NCBI GenBank assembly: GCA_963663385.2
Contig: CAXXXD010000003.1
Location: forward strand, 800,001-864,000
Reading direction: 5' to 3'
DNA: 64,000 nucleotides
From: Oceanispirochaeta sp.
GTDB lineage: Bacteria; Spirochaetota; Spirochaetia; DSM-2461
Shown: positions 39,507 to 49,688 of the stretch, one piece after another
Numbering within the stretch: position 1 is the first letter of the stretch
Layout: the number at the start of each line of letters is the position of its first letter
Notes under the pieces: generated by a model
Database searches by the model: none
What the model saw: the letters and a program-made list of their open reading frames with translations, nothing else
Told to the model about the DNA's origin: nothing
Translations under genes and position numbers: made by a program

Positions 39507-41114
39507 ATGAAATCTGATTGTTCACTGCCTTTCGAATTACAGGCTTCCAGGCGTTTGATTTATTTTATAATTCTGATATTTCTGGTCCTGATGGTTTTCA
39601 GTTTCGGTATCGGATATTTTATATATATACGTAAATTTACTCAGCTGGAGGAAAAAGCTCTTTTTAGCGATGAATTGAGTATAAATAATATTCTGGACAC
39701 AGAAATAGGATATCTCGGTGATATCTGCACGGATTGGGCCTATTGGACCGACACATGGGTCTTTATGCAGGATGGAAACGAGGCATATATTTCCAGCAAT
39801 CTGGGACTGACTACACTATCTGCTCTTAGTTTGAACATTATGTCCCTTGTTCATCCTGACGGCTCAATAAAATGGCAGATGGAAGCGGATCTGGATGAAC
39901 AGAGCGTCAGACAGAGTCCGGAATTCCCCATAGAGCACTTTCCCGTACAATTCTTTACACTCGAATCTGATACTCCTGAGGCAGGGATTGCATTAATTGA
40001 CGATCGCCTGATGCTGATAGCGTACCAGTCCATAACTCGAAGCGATGGCAGCGGCGGTTCCGTCGGAACCCTTTTTGTCGGAAGAGATCTGAGCAAATCA
40101 ATGCTGAGCAGACTGAATGGAATCGCTCAGGTTGATTTCCGCCTACTGAGCCTGAGGGAGATTAAAGAGACCCTTACGGATGCAGAGTTTGTGTGCTTGA
40201 ATGAAACCGGACGAGTGGTGAGAAGGAAGAAAGGCTGGCTCCTTTCTTTTGTCAAAACTCCTGTTATTACAGATAATGATTCGTTAATCGCTATTGAGTT
40301 GAAACTCCCCCGTACGGTTATGGCTCTGGGACGGGAGAGTTTTATTCTATATATTCTGGTTTCGTTATCCGGATTACTGCTTATGGGGTATGGAACAATC
40401 CGATTTTTAAAACGGAACTACATACAGCGTGTTAAGGAGCTGTTTCAGGATATTCAGCGGATAAAGAGGGATGGTGATTTATCTTACAGGATTCCGGTCC
40501 ATACCTCAGATGAATTCGGTCAATTCTGCAGCAGTTTCAACAGTCTTCTCGAGGTTATCGAAGAGCAGACATTTGAACTGACCAGGAAAAATATGGCCCT
40601 TCATCAGCAGGCGAATACGGATGAACTGACAGGGTTGTATAATAAGCGGTATTTTACCGACTGGTTAAACTCGGATTCGTTTTTCAATCGGTCCGACAAT
40701 AATCCTATTGCTGTTTTAATGGTGGATATAGATCATTTCAAACTTTATAATGACCGGTATGGGCATATCGCCGGAGATGTCTGTATCCGGAACGTTGCCG
40801 AGTTACTGAGAAGTGTAGCCACAAGACCTACCGATTCCAGCATCCGTTACGGGGGAGAAGAGTTTTTACTAATCCTTTCAAATACCGACTATCACGGGGC
40901 CGAATGGATTGCCCGGAAGGTTCTGAAAAAGGTGAATGACCTGGATATCGAGAATGCAGATTCTCCCATTGCATCCCATCTAACAGTCAGTATCGGTATT
41001 GCCTGTGGTAAACCGGCAGATCAAGAGAGTATGATGGAACTGATTTCCTGGGCGGATAAGGCTTTGTATAAATCTAAAAAAGGCGGTAGAAACCGGTTTT
41101 CCATCTGGACATAA
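39507..41114 (+). CDS. Diguanylate cyclase (CHASE4-HAMP-GGDEF)
   Basis: TM; 'DWAYWTDT' CHASE4-like; HAMP 'DEFGQF..SFN'; 'DIDHFK.YND.YGH', 'RYGGEEF'. Confidence 0.9.
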   Translation: MKSDCSLPFELQASRRLIYFIILIFLVLMVFSFGIGYFIYIRKFTQLEEKALFSDELSINNILDTEIGYLGDICTDWAYWTDTWVFMQDGNEAYISSNLGLTTLSALSLNIMSLVHPDGSIKWQMEADLDEQSVRQSPEFPIEHFPVQFFTLESDTPEAGIALIDDRLMLIAYQSITRSDGSGGSVGTLFVGRDLSKSMLSRLNGIAQVDFRLLSLREIKETLTDAEFVCLNETGRVVRRKKGWLLSFVKTPVITDNDSLIAIELKLPRTVMALGRESFILYILVSLSGLLLMGYGTIRFLKRNYIQRVKELFQDIQRIKRDGDLSYRIPVHTSDEFGQFCSSFNSLLEVIEEQTFELTRKNMALHQQANTDELTGLYNKRYFTDWLNSDSFFNRSDNNPIAVLMVDIDHFKLYNDRYGHIAGDVCIRNVAELLRSVATRPTDSSIRYGGEEFLLILSNTDYHGAEWIARKVLKKVNDLDIENADSPIASHLTVSIGIACGKPADQESMMELISWADKALYKSKKGGRNRFSIWT

Positions 41115-41151
41115 ACCGTATCCCCACTTCACGCACATTTAAAATAATCGG

Positions 41152-41169
41152 ACAGGACACATGTCCTGT
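41152..41169. promoter_or_regulatory. Palindromic operator upstream of DMT transporter
   Basis: ACAGGACA-CA-TGTCCTGT. Confidence 0.55.
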
Positions 41170-41212
41170 TAATTTTTCTGAAAGCCTCGTATAAATAGGT
41201 GAGAGGTTGATT

Positions 41213-42118
41213 ATGTACTATACACTGCTTGCATTATCCGGCGCCCTGATTGCGGTTATGGTAACACTGAACGGAATGCTCGCTCAAATGGCTGGAATTG
41301 CCCTGTCTCTGATTTTTATCCATATTGCCGGACTCGTCGGCATCCATCTGATACTGTACAGGGAGAAGAAATACCCACCTGTAAAGATACCTCTCTATCT
41401 TTTTCTTCCCGGCTTTATCGGTGTCATTCTTACCTGGGCCAATATTTACTGTGTAAATACCCTCGGGGTAACTCTTATGCTGGCTCTGGGCCTCCTGGGG
41501 CAACTGACAGCCTCATTTGTTTATGATATCACAGGTCTTCCCGGGCTTGAAAAGCGGCCTGTCACCCTTCAGCGGGTACTGACCCTGATAACCGCAGTTT
41601 TAGGCTGTCTCATTATGATTGATCCGTCCCGTCTGCTCTCCTTTGCTGTAGCCGCAGCCGTTCTTTCCGGTGTTATTGTCGCATCGTCCACTTCGCTGAA
41701 CGCCTCGCTGGGTACACTTGTGGGACCGCTCCACTCAACCCGGATCAATTACATTACGGGGTTAATCGGCTGTTTTATTTTTCTGGGGATTACAGGTATT
41801 ACGGGAGGAGAAATCCCCTCACTGAATATCCTTCGTTCCATTCCATGGTATATTCTGGCGGGAGGAGGGCTCTGCGGTGTAGCTGTGGTTTCGGGAATCA
41901 ACTTCTCCCTGCCTCATATTTCCATTCTCTATTCTACGGTTATTCTTTTAGCCGCGCAGATTATCACAGGGTATTTTATGGATCTTGTACGTCATGAAGC
42001 TGTGGATTACAGGGTTGTGACAGGTGCGGCTGTTATGCTGGCCGGACTTTGTTTAAGGTTTATCATTCCCGGGAAACTTGAAAATACCGGTAAGGCAGTT
42101 CCACCGGAAATGACTTAA
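41213..42118 (+). CDS. DMT family transporter (two YdcZ-like repeats)
   Basis: About 10 TM helices in two repeats with 'NG.L/NASL', 'GL.G', 'GQL/AQI' motifs. Confidence 0.8.
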   Translation: MYYTLLALSGALIAVMVTLNGMLAQMAGIALSLIFIHIAGLVGIHLILYREKKYPPVKIPLYLFLPGFIGVILTWANIYCVNTLGVTLMLALGLLGQLTASFVYDITGLPGLEKRPVTLQRVLTLITAVLGCLIMIDPSRLLSFAVAAAVLSGVIVASSTSLNASLGTLVGPLHSTRINYITGLIGCFIFLGITGITGGEIPSLNILRSIPWYILAGGGLCGVAVVSGINFSLPHISILYSTVILLAAQIITGYFMDLVRHEAVDYRVVTGAAVMLAGLCLRFIIPGKLENTGKAVPPEMT

Positions 42119-42272
42119 TTCTGCAGCAGGAGCCCGGTGTGCTTTTCAAACTGATTCTGTCCTTAGATCCTGTAGTTTCTCTTGCCTGTTTTGTCAGTTC
42201 CAGAGAACAGAGATTACAGAAGGTTTCAAATTTAATCAGGTCCGGTTTTAAAATGGAACCATAAGGGTATAC

Positions 42273-42310
42273 AAAAAGGGGCATATCCCTCTTCATGGGA
42301 TAGCCCCTGT
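42273..42310 (-). terminator. Intrinsic terminator after htrA
   Basis: AGGGGC.TATCCC ... GGGATAGCCCCT stem with T-run on the minus strand. Confidence 0.6.
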
Positions 42311-42338
42311 TGATTCAAACAGTCTGCCCTATATTTTT

Positions 42339-43781
42339 TTATTTCCTTACAGTTGCTGTTAAATCCTCCCGTCCCTGTCTGTATATTGAATATTCAATAC
42401 TATCAAGCTCTTTTTTGTTTAATTTATTGTAAAAATCTTTGAGGGAACGTATTCTTTCTCCATTGATATCAGTAATTATATCTCCCTGTTTAAGCCCTGC
42501 TGAATAGGCGGAAGACCCTTCCGACACATGGGTGATAATGACACCTTTTATTCGCCTGTCCAGTTCCATTCTGCTTCGAATCTCATTATTCAGTTCAATG
42601 ACAGCGATACCGGGCCACAATCCATGCTCCTGACTGATTTCTTCTTCGGATTTTCTTTCTGATAAAGATACTATTATATTCTGTTCGTTTCCCTGGCGGA
42701 TTATTTTCAGACCAACCTGTTTTCCCGGATCTAAAGTTCCTATAACTTTCTGAAGCTGATTGCTGTTCTCTATTACTTTACCGTCAGCCTGAATAATCAG
42801 ATCTCCCGGTTTAAGCCCGTTTTTATCGGCTGGGGAATCCAAGAAAACATTGCCAATAAAAGCACCTGCCTCTTCCCGCAAGTCCATACCTTCTTCCGGC
42901 GGGGGTCCTATTGTAACACCAAGCCAGCCATATTCCACCTTCCCCTTAGAAATAAAATCATCTGTAACCTTTCTTACTTTATTAACCGGTATGGCAAAAC
43001 CGATACCGTCACTTCCTCCTGTCCGGGAAGCAATCCAGGTATTAATTCCGACAAGTTCTCCCTTCAGATTAACAAGAGCCCCTCCCGAATTTCCCGGATT
43101 AATGGAAGCATCTGTCTGGATGTATTCTGTAAAATCAGCTATCCGGCTGCCGGCTTGCGCTTCTCTTCCCAGAGCACTTATAATACCTTGCGTTACGGTC
43201 GATTCAAAACCAAGAGGATTCCCTACTGCAAAAACGATATCTCCCACCATAAGTTTTTCTGAATCTGCCGTATTCAGAACCGGTATAACCTCGGGACTTT
43301 CAAATGATACCAGAGCCAGATCTGTCCGGTTGTCTGTTCCGACCACTTTAGCTTCAAAGTTCCTGCCGTCATAAAGTCTTACACTGATTTCATCAGCATT
43401 CCCGACAACATGATTATTGGTTATAACGAAATATTTTTTTCCTTCCCTGCGGATAATTACTCCGGATCCCAGTCCCTGTTTTCTGAATTCCCTCTCTTCA
43501 GGCGGATTCTCCCCGCTGTTTCCCTGATCAGGAATAACAAAAGGCCAGGAATAACCGAAAAAATCCCGGGGAGAGAAAGTCTGTCCGGGAATCTGCTGTC
43601 TTACAATCTCAATTACATTAATCTCTACAACCGTGGGGAGAACGGTTTGTGCCACTTCCCGGTATTTATCCTGAAGAGCGTATATGTAATCATTGTCTGT
43701 AATGGAATTATCGCCAGTTTCAGCATAACCAGTACTTAAACTTATTGTTAATAATAGTATTAATAATGCTGTGTTTTTCAA
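42339..43781 (-). CDS. htrA: HtrA/DegP serine protease with two PDZ domains
   Basis: Signal peptide; 'TNNHVV', 'DLA', 'QTDASINPGNSGG'. Confidence 0.93.
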   Translation of the reverse strand: MKNTALLILLLTISLSTGYAETGDNSITDNDYIYALQDKYREVAQTVLPTVVEINVIEIVRQQIPGQTFSPRDFFGYSWPFVIPDQGNSGENPPEEREFRKQGLGSGVIIRREGKKYFVITNNHVVGNADEISVRLYDGRNFEAKVVGTDNRTDLALVSFESPEVIPVLNTADSEKLMVGDIVFAVGNPLGFESTVTQGIISALGREAQAGSRIADFTEYIQTDASINPGNSGGALVNLKGELVGINTWIASRTGGSDGIGFAIPVNKVRKVTDDFISKGKVEYGWLGVTIGPPPEEGMDLREEAGAFIGNVFLDSPADKNGLKPGDLIIQADGKVIENSNQLQKVIGTLDPGKQVGLKIIRQGNEQNIIVSLSERKSEEEISQEHGLWPGIAVIELNNEIRSRMELDRRIKGVIITHVSEGSSAYSAGLKQGDIITDINGERIRSLKDFYNKLNKKELDSIEYSIYRQGREDLTATVRK

Positions 43782-43799
43782 AACTTACCTCCCGAAATA

Positions 43800-43832
43800 G
43801 AAAGAGAGGGTGATGAAATCGCCCTCTCTTTC
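43800..43832 (-). terminator. Stem-loop between hsp20 and htrA
   Basis: GAAAGAGAGGGTGAT-gaa-ATCGCCCTCTCTTTC. Confidence 0.65.
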
Positions 43833-43837
43833 AGTCA

Positions 43838-44197
43838 TTACTGTACTTTGACGGAAATTTTTCTCGGCTTTTCCGATTCTTTCAGTCCCAGAGTCAGCTT
43901 AACCAGACCGTTCTTTATGGTTGCTTCAATTTTGTTCCGGTCTATTGTGTCATCGATGGTGTATTCCTGATGATAATCCCCCTGTCTGATCTCTCTTATT
44001 CTGAAATCTCCCTCTTTGTTTTCAGAATTCCTTTTTCCGTCAATAATCAAAAGATCCTTGTCCACTTTAATGTCCAGATCCTCTTTGCCAACCCCCGGCA
44101 TTTCCATTGTCAGTACGACCGATCCTTCATCATGGTATATGTCCGTACAGGCGGGAAAACTTATTTTTTTGTTTTCAATTTCTCTGTTTCCGTTCAT
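43838..44197 (-). CDS. Small heat shock protein (Hsp20)
   Basis: 'PACTDIY..MEMPGV', 'IEATIKNGLV', 'PRKISV'. Confidence 0.9.
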   Translation of the reverse strand: MNGNREIENKKISFPACTDIYHDEGSVVLTMEMPGVGKEDLDIKVDKDLLIIDGKRNSENKEGDFRIREIRQGDYHQEYTIDDTIDRNKIEATIKNGLVKLTLGLKESEKPRKISVKVQ

Positions 44198-44198
44198 C

Positions 44199-44666
44199 TT
44201 ACCCCTCCTGCTTTACATTGACACTGATCTGTTTGGGTTTCATCTCTTCTTTTTTCGGAAGAGTAACCAGAAGAATTCCGTCCTTGAGTCTGGCAGAGAT
44301 TTTTTCGGCATCCACCATAGTCGGCAGGGAAAGGGTTCTCTGAAAACTTCCGCTCCAGATTTCCTTTTTGTAGTATTTACCCTTTTTCTCTTCCCGTGAG
44401 TTTTCCTTGTTTCCCTTGATAGTCAGAACGTTGGAAGCTATGGATACATCAATATCCTTTTCTTCCAGTCCGGGGAGTTCGCAGCTTACAGTGTACTCGT
44501 TCTCTTTTTCTATAAAATCAATCGGAGGAGTCACACTGTGATCGAACAGACCTGTTGTATTGGGTAAACGGTCATAATTGAACAGCTCGTTGATCTCATT
44601 CTGCAGATCTCTCATCTCTGCCCAGGGATCATAAAGATTTTTGTTTTTCCATTTAACGATGGCCAT
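44199..44666 (-). CDS. Small heat shock protein (Hsp20)
   Basis: 'ELPGL', 'GSFQR..LP', 'A.LKDGIL', 'PKQISV'. Confidence 0.92.
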   Translation of the reverse strand: MAIVKWKNKNLYDPWAEMRDLQNEINELFNYDRLPNTTGLFDHSVTPPIDFIEKENEYTVSCELPGLEEKDIDVSIASNVLTIKGNKENSREEKKGKYYKKEIWSGSFQRTLSLPTMVDAEKISARLKDGILLVTLPKKEEMKPKQISVNVKQEG

Positions 44667-44703
44667 ATCAGCACCTCCAAAATATAATATCTATAAATAC
44701 TAT

Positions 44704-44720
44704 TACAAGAAGTGTGCCAA
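44704..44720 (-). promoter_or_regulatory. Sigma-54 (-24/-12) promoter of hsp20 operon
   Basis: Minus strand reads TTGGCACACTTCTTGTA. Confidence 0.65.
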
Positions 44721-44935
44721 TTAAATAAAAGTATTGTGAAAGCGGGATAGGTTCTATTTAAAGGGATTTTCCAGTCTTTTTAAGCTGGGATAGTTGTCTT
44801 ATTGATGATCTTTTGGGATAAACTGGAATAGTGCTGCGGAGCTGTGCAGCCATAGATATGTCATTTTGAAACACTTGCCCAAAAAAATCCTGTTTGAAAT
44901 GTGTCATTTTCTCCGCAATACTATACAGTCTTAAA

Positions 44936-45700
44936 TTAATAGTTGATATATACAATCGGGTCCGGCGGTTCTTCTGCCGATTCAAGAGCTTGGGCATTTA
45001 ATCCGGCGAATTCTTTTCCTTCCGAATCAATCAGTGTCACCTCTCCTTTTACGCGGATCCATTCATTTTCGGGATAATTCTCCGCTTCTTCGGGCATTCT
45101 AACCAGCAGTCCCGCAGGAAAGGCATCCGCTGCGCAGCAGGAGGAGAAGAAACGGAACAGACAGATTGTATCCGGTGGCAGCTCAGGATAGTTTCCCACC
45201 ATGCCAACGATGGAGACTGTCGACCCGAGCAAATCGTCTGAATGGTCCAGAAGTTCAATCATTTCCAGGTCACCATTGCTATCCGTCTTATAGATCTGTT
45301 CAGCTGTTTCTGTCTGGTCGACCACTGATTCCGCAGTAGACCCGGCATCAGCTTCTGCACTGTCTACCGTATTGCTCAGGGCCCTTTTATCCAGAATATC
45401 AGCGCCAAGGGATTCATCCAGGGAAAAGGGGAGAAGAATGGCCGGAATAAAGAGAAAAAACATTTTTCTCAGGCTCAATTTATCCATGCTGAAACGGCAG
45501 TATCCCGCTAAAGCTGTTATTTTATTCAAAAAGAAAAGAATAAAAGCTCCGAAGCTCATCCAGAGCAGCCACCAGTAACGGGGGCTCAACAGACGTATGA
45601 TAAGTTTTGTTTCTCCGCTGTTTTTCATTAGCAGAAATCCGATTATTACAACCCAGAGTAAATCAAAAAAAGCGGCTGTTAATAGATTTTTTCTATTCAT
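44936..45700 (-). CDS. TIGR03943/DUF1980-type membrane protein
   Basis: N-terminal TM helices; 'RF..SCCAADA' motif; 'W..VKG'; C-terminal 'P.DP.VY'. Confidence 0.78.
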   Translation of the reverse strand: MNRKNLLTAAFFDLLWVVIIGFLLMKNSGETKLIIRLLSPRYWWLLWMSFGAFILFFLNKITALAGYCRFSMDKLSLRKMFFLFIPAILLPFSLDESLGADILDKRALSNTVDSAEADAGSTAESVVDQTETAEQIYKTDSNGDLEMIELLDHSDDLLGSTVSIVGMVGNYPELPPDTICLFRFFSSCCAADAFPAGLLVRMPEEAENYPENEWIRVKGEVTLIDSEGKEFAGLNAQALESAEEPPDPIVYINY

Positions 45701-46770
45701 AGTCCGAAAAATCCCCCCCAGTTCAATAGGCTGATGATCAAGGTTGCGCAGGATGTAAAAAGAGTCACTGCCGCGAATAGAAATACGCTGGTTCTTCGGA
45801 AGAACAGAGACTGGTACATGGCAAGGAGTTTAAGGTCCATCATCGGTCCGTAGACTAAAAAAGAGAAAATCGCCGCTCCCGGGATAATACTCCTGAAACT
45901 GGCCCCTACAAAAGCATCGGCTTCACTGCAGAGGTTCAGAGCGAAAGCGCCTCCCATCATAAAAAGAGAAGAAAGGCCTTCATGGTTGAACAGTCCCTGG
46001 AGAGCTTTGAAATTGAAAAGGCTTCTGGAGAGGGAGGCGGCACAGATCCCGGTAATAAAATAGGGTGCAATATGAAGAAATTCATTCCAGCTGTGAGCCG
46101 TCAGTCTGAACAGCTCTCTGAGAAATGATTTGTCTTCCCCGCTGGTTTGTTCTATTTCATGGTCATGGCCGCAGCCGCATGTTTCATGGGTGTGATTATG
46201 CCCGCAACTGCAACTGCCGACGCTCTCCGCGGAAGTCTTGATAATTTTATCCTTAAGGATAAAATCTGTTGAAAGACCTATCATAACAGATACCATATAA
46301 CCGGTCAGAAGACGGAGGCCGGCGGCCTGCCATGATCCGTTAAAGGCCAGATAAGTGGAGAGTCCAACTACCGGATTTACAATCGGAACTGAGAGGAGAA
46401 AGGTTATACCCATAGCAGGGGGCATTCCCTTTCTGATGAGACTCTTTACCACCGGGACTATGGCGCATTCGCAAACAGGAAAAACAATACCCGCAAGCGC
46501 AGACAGAAAGAAGCCTGATATACGGTGTCCTTCCGAGAGCTTAAGGAGGATACTACTGTCCAGGTATGTTTCGATCAGACTTCCAACCAGGCAGCCGATC
46601 AATACAAAGCCAAGGGATTCAAAGAATACTGATGTTGTATAAAGGGAAAATTCCCTAACCCAGTTGGTGTTTATGGTCTTCAAAACTGTTAAACATATAA
46701 CAGTAATCAATCCGGTCAGGAATACAGGAAACATCTTCTCCTTCCGGGGGTTGGTGTTTTCAAATATCAC
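45697..46770 (-). CDS. Predicted permease (DUF318/ArsP-like) with His/Cys-rich loop
   Basis: 'FPVCECAIVP', 'P..NPV', 'LCSEADAF', 'GPMMDLK'; loop CSCGHNHTHETCGCGHDH. Confidence 0.82.
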   Translation of the reverse strand: MIFENTNPRKEKMFPVFLTGLITVICLTVLKTINTNWVREFSLYTTSVFFESLGFVLIGCLVGSLIETYLDSSILLKLSEGHRISGFFLSALAGIVFPVCECAIVPVVKSLIRKGMPPAMGITFLLSVPIVNPVVGLSTYLAFNGSWQAAGLRLLTGYMVSVMIGLSTDFILKDKIIKTSAESVGSCSCGHNHTHETCGCGHDHEIEQTSGEDKSFLRELFRLTAHSWNEFLHIAPYFITGICAASLSRSLFNFKALQGLFNHEGLSSLFMMGGAFALNLCSEADAFVGASFRSIIPGAAIFSFLVYGPMMDLKLLAMYQSLFFRRTSVFLFAAVTLFTSCATLIISLLNWGGFFGL

Positions 46771-46858
46771 TATATGTTCTCCAATGAATGATTGACTTTA
46801 CAAAAGCAGTACAACTGCTTTATACAGGTGAGAAAAAGGGAATAGACTAATTAAATCT

Positions 46859-47728
46859 TTATTCCAGTCTTTTACGGTTGTAAATAGAATAACGGGGGAG
46901 CCCTGTTACTAATCTGGCTGCCATATACAGAAAACCGCCGGTTAATACAGTCGTCGAACCAGTGGGCAGTTTCAGGATATAACTGAGAATCAGACCCATC
47001 GTCGTAATAGCTGCGCATAAGAACCCTGAAATAAGGATCATCGTCTTCATGCGTTTACAGAAGATACCGGCAATTGCCGGTGGAATGGTCAACAATGCGA
47101 TAACCATAACGATTCCAACTGTAGTAATCATAAGAATAACTGTAAGGGAGATCAGCATAACCAGTACAATTTCAAAAAAAGAACTGTTGATTCCCCGGGT
47201 TCGGGCAAATTCTCCATCAAAGGATACTGCCAGGAATTGATTGAACAGTATAACGCTGACTCCTGTGACAGGAACATTTAACAAGGCTATCATCCCAAGT
47301 GTTTTTCGGGAAATAAGAAGAATATTACCGAACAGATAGCTCATGGGATCGATGTAGTCGGGGGTCAGGTAGATAAAGATCAGACCTATTGACATTCCAA
47401 CAGCCCAAATTGTTCCGATTGTAGTATCCAGCCGCTCTTTCTTCCTTACAAGATTAATACTGATAATAAACCCGGAGCTCAGGGAAAAGAGCAGGGCCCC
47501 TCCAAGGGGGGATAGAAAACCAAGCCCCATTACGGTGTTAAGGTAAAGGGCCATGCCGATACCGCCCAAAGCCGTGTGACTGACTGCTCCGGCGATATAA
47601 CTCATACGTTTGACAACGACAAAAGAACCGATAATGCCGAAAGGGGCGCTGGACAGCAGACCGGCAATCAGTGCGTAACGGATAAACGGAACCTGGGGAT
47701 TTGTCAGGGCATTGAAAAAATCTAACAT
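46859..47728 (-). CDS. znuB: Zn/Mn ABC transporter permease
   Basis: 'AVSHTALGG', 'YLFGNIL', 'SFD.EFA', 'VG..MVIALL.IP'. Confidence 0.85.
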   Translation of the reverse strand: MLDFFNALTNPQVPFIRYALIAGLLSSAPFGIIGSFVVVKRMSYIAGAVSHTALGGIGMALYLNTVMGLGFLSPLGGALLFSLSSGFIISINLVRKKERLDTTIGTIWAVGMSIGLIFIYLTPDYIDPMSYLFGNILLISRKTLGMIALLNVPVTGVSVILFNQFLAVSFDGEFARTRGINSSFFEIVLVMLISLTVILMITTVGIVMVIALLTIPPAIAGIFCKRMKTMILISGFLCAAITTMGLILSYILKLPTGSTTVLTGGFLYMAARLVTGLPRYSIYNRKRLE

Positions 47729-48456
47729 GTTGAATCCTGATTCTGAGGTTGTATATTTAAATCATGTCGGACTATCCGGCTGTGCTGTCCGTAAGCAGAA
47801 GCAATCACATTACCGAAATTGCTGTCAACCGGATGTTCCTTAAGCTTCCTGTTTACGCAGAAAACCCTGTCTGTGATATCTGATACGAATGAGGTGTCAT
47901 GAGTCACCAGGAGGATTGTCATCTTTTTACCGAGATTTTTAATAAGACTGTAAAGCTGGTTACCTGCCATAGGATCAATACTGGAGGTCGGCTCATCAAG
48001 AAGCAGGATATCCTTGTCGGAAACCAGAGCACGGGCGATAAGCATTCTCTGTGTCTGTCCACCGGATAAAGCATTGACAGATTTATTTCTTATTGATGAA
48101 AGGCCGACATTTTCCAGGCTTTTTTCAGCCATAATACGATCCGTCCTGGAATAGAACCCGAATCGGTGTACAAGGCCGGAAAGGACTACATCGAACACGG
48201 TCATGGGAAAATGCCGATCGAAGCCGGCATGCTGGGGAACATATCCGATATTACCCCTTACCTGAAGCGCTCCTCTGTCCGGCTTTATCAGCCCGATCAT
48301 CAAACGGAGGAGAGTGGACTTCCCCCCTCCGTTAGGTCCGATTATCGTAATAATCTCGTTATCATATATTGAGAAATTGATGTCCTCAAGGACATTCTCC
48401 TTACTGTTGCCATAGGAGAATGAGAGTTCCCGGACAGAAATTCGAACCCTTGCCAT
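47722..48456 (-). CDS. znuC: Zn/Mn ABC transporter ATPase
   Basis: 'GPNGGGKST', 'YVPQ', 'LSGGQ', 'LLLDEP', 'VTHD'. Confidence 0.88.
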   Translation of the reverse strand: MARVRISVRELSFSYGNSKENVLEDINFSIYDNEIITIIGPNGGGKSTLLRLMIGLIKPDRGALQVRGNIGYVPQHAGFDRHFPMTVFDVVLSGLVHRFGFYSRTDRIMAEKSLENVGLSSIRNKSVNALSGGQTQRMLIARALVSDKDILLLDEPTSSIDPMAGNQLYSLIKNLGKKMTILLVTHDTSFVSDITDRVFCVNRKLKEHPVDSNFGNVIASAYGQHSRIVRHDLNIQPQNQDSTC

Positions 48457-48459
48457 ATC

Positions 48460-49347
48460 CTACTCGAAAGCCTTTTGAACTTCATCCGATATGGCTTTCA
48501 GATTATTTATATAGTCGGGATTAAGCGGATTGAGCATAACAACAGTTCCTTCTATCGCTTCGGCTATCGCCCGGGCGCTGGATCTGGAGAACTCCGGTTG
48601 GACAAAGATGATTTTTACATTCTGTTCCTTTGCCTCCCTGATAATTTCCTCCAGTTTGGAGGGAACGGGTTCCTTTCCGCCGATTTCTATCGCGATCTGG
48701 GTTAATTCGTAATCTTCAGCAAAATATCCGAAGGCGGGATGAAAAACAAAGAATTTGCTTCCGGAGCAGGGGGCCAGAGCAGCGCTCAGTTCGGCATCCA
48801 GATTCTCCAGCTCATTCAAAAGAGCGGTGTATCCCCTGGTATATTCCTGTTCCCCCGCAGGGTCTTTCAGGAGTAGGGCGTTGTATATATTTTCCGCCTG
48901 GATTTTAACCAGCCGGACAGAAAGCCAGATATGAGGATCTTTTGCAGCTTCATTAAGGTTCCGTTTTTGAATACCCGCCGACGTATCTACGATTTGCAGG
49001 GAATCCAATGTGCTTTCAATTGCCGGTAGAAAAGCCTTTTCAAAAGGTACTCCTATGGTAAACAGAATATCTGACGAACCTAGGTCTTCAATCTGATGAG
49101 GGCTGGGCTCATAGGTAGCCGGACTCTTGCCGGGGCCGACAAGTACTTCTACCTGAACACGGCTGCCGCCGATTTTCTCTACAAAATATTTCTGCGGAAG
49201 AATACTTGTAAAAACAGCAAGAGGTTTTGCAATCCTATTCTCCCGGTTGTTACTTTCAGTATCCTGTTGTCCTCCGGCATTAATGGAAAAAGTCAACATA
49301 AGACCTATAATAAGATTTAAGGCTATTCGATAATTGATCCTGGTCAT
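48460..49347 (-). CDS. znuA: Cluster A-I metal-binding protein (ZnuA-like)
   Basis: Signal peptide; 'SP.TYEP', 'DPHIWLS', 'FHPAFGY', 'IFVQPEF'. Confidence 0.82.
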   Translation of the reverse strand: MTRINYRIALNLIIGLMLTFSINAGGQQDTESNNRENRIAKPLAVFTSILPQKYFVEKIGGSRVQVEVLVGPGKSPATYEPSPHQIEDLGSSDILFTIGVPFEKAFLPAIESTLDSLQIVDTSAGIQKRNLNEAAKDPHIWLSVRLVKIQAENIYNALLLKDPAGEQEYTRGYTALLNELENLDAELSAALAPCSGSKFFVFHPAFGYFAEDYELTQIAIEIGGKEPVPSKLEEIIREAKEQNVKIIFVQPEFSRSSARAIAEAIEGTVVMLNPLNPDYINNLKAISDEVQKAFE

Positions 49348-49374
49348 ATAAATGCTCCTAGTAGTTTGATTAGA

Positions 49375-49623
49375 TCAGAACTGATCGCATGTTAGATAGA
49401 CAGAGTTGCAATCCGTGCATTCTGCCAGGTGATGATGCCGGCTGAACGACTCCCAATGATCCTTCTGGCAGGTATTCAGCATCCCCGATCCGTTGCAGAG
49501 GGGACATGTGTTATCCAGGGATTTCAGTATGGAGTTCCGTATAAACTCTGATCGGTTGGGAATCCTGTTAAGAAGATTGAATAACTGTTCATCAACTTTG
49601 AATGTAACTATTTGTTCCTTCAT
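49375..49623 (-). CDS. Ribbon-helix-helix (CopG/MetJ-like) regulator with Cys/His-rich C-terminus
   Basis: N-terminal beta strand IVTFKVD, helix, 'NRSEFIR' helix; C-terminal CPLC...C..DH...HHH..CTDC...C; AAAGGA RBS. Confidence 0.8.
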   Translation of the reverse strand: MKEQIVTFKVDEQLFNLLNRIPNRSEFIRNSILKSLDNTCPLCNGSGMLNTCQKDHWESFSRHHHLAECTDCNSVYLTCDQF

Positions 49624-49640
49624 AATCGTATCCTTTAATA

Positions 49641-49688
49641 GTATTACTTAGTATTACCTTATGGTGTCAGAGTAATACTAAGTAATAC
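49641..49688. promoter_or_regulatory. Perfect 17-bp inverted-repeat operator (four GTATTAC units)
   Basis: GTATTACTTAGTATTAC (49641-49657), 14-bp spacer, GTAATACTAAGTAATAC (49672-49688); TTGACA on the minus strand at 49693-49698. Confidence 0.85.

Noticed and set aside
49641..49688. Zur/Fur box or terminator
   Set aside because: Does not resemble Fur-family 7-1-7/9-1-9 boxes; it is AT-rich, overlaps the promoter and has internal 10-bp periodicity typical of a protein-binding site.
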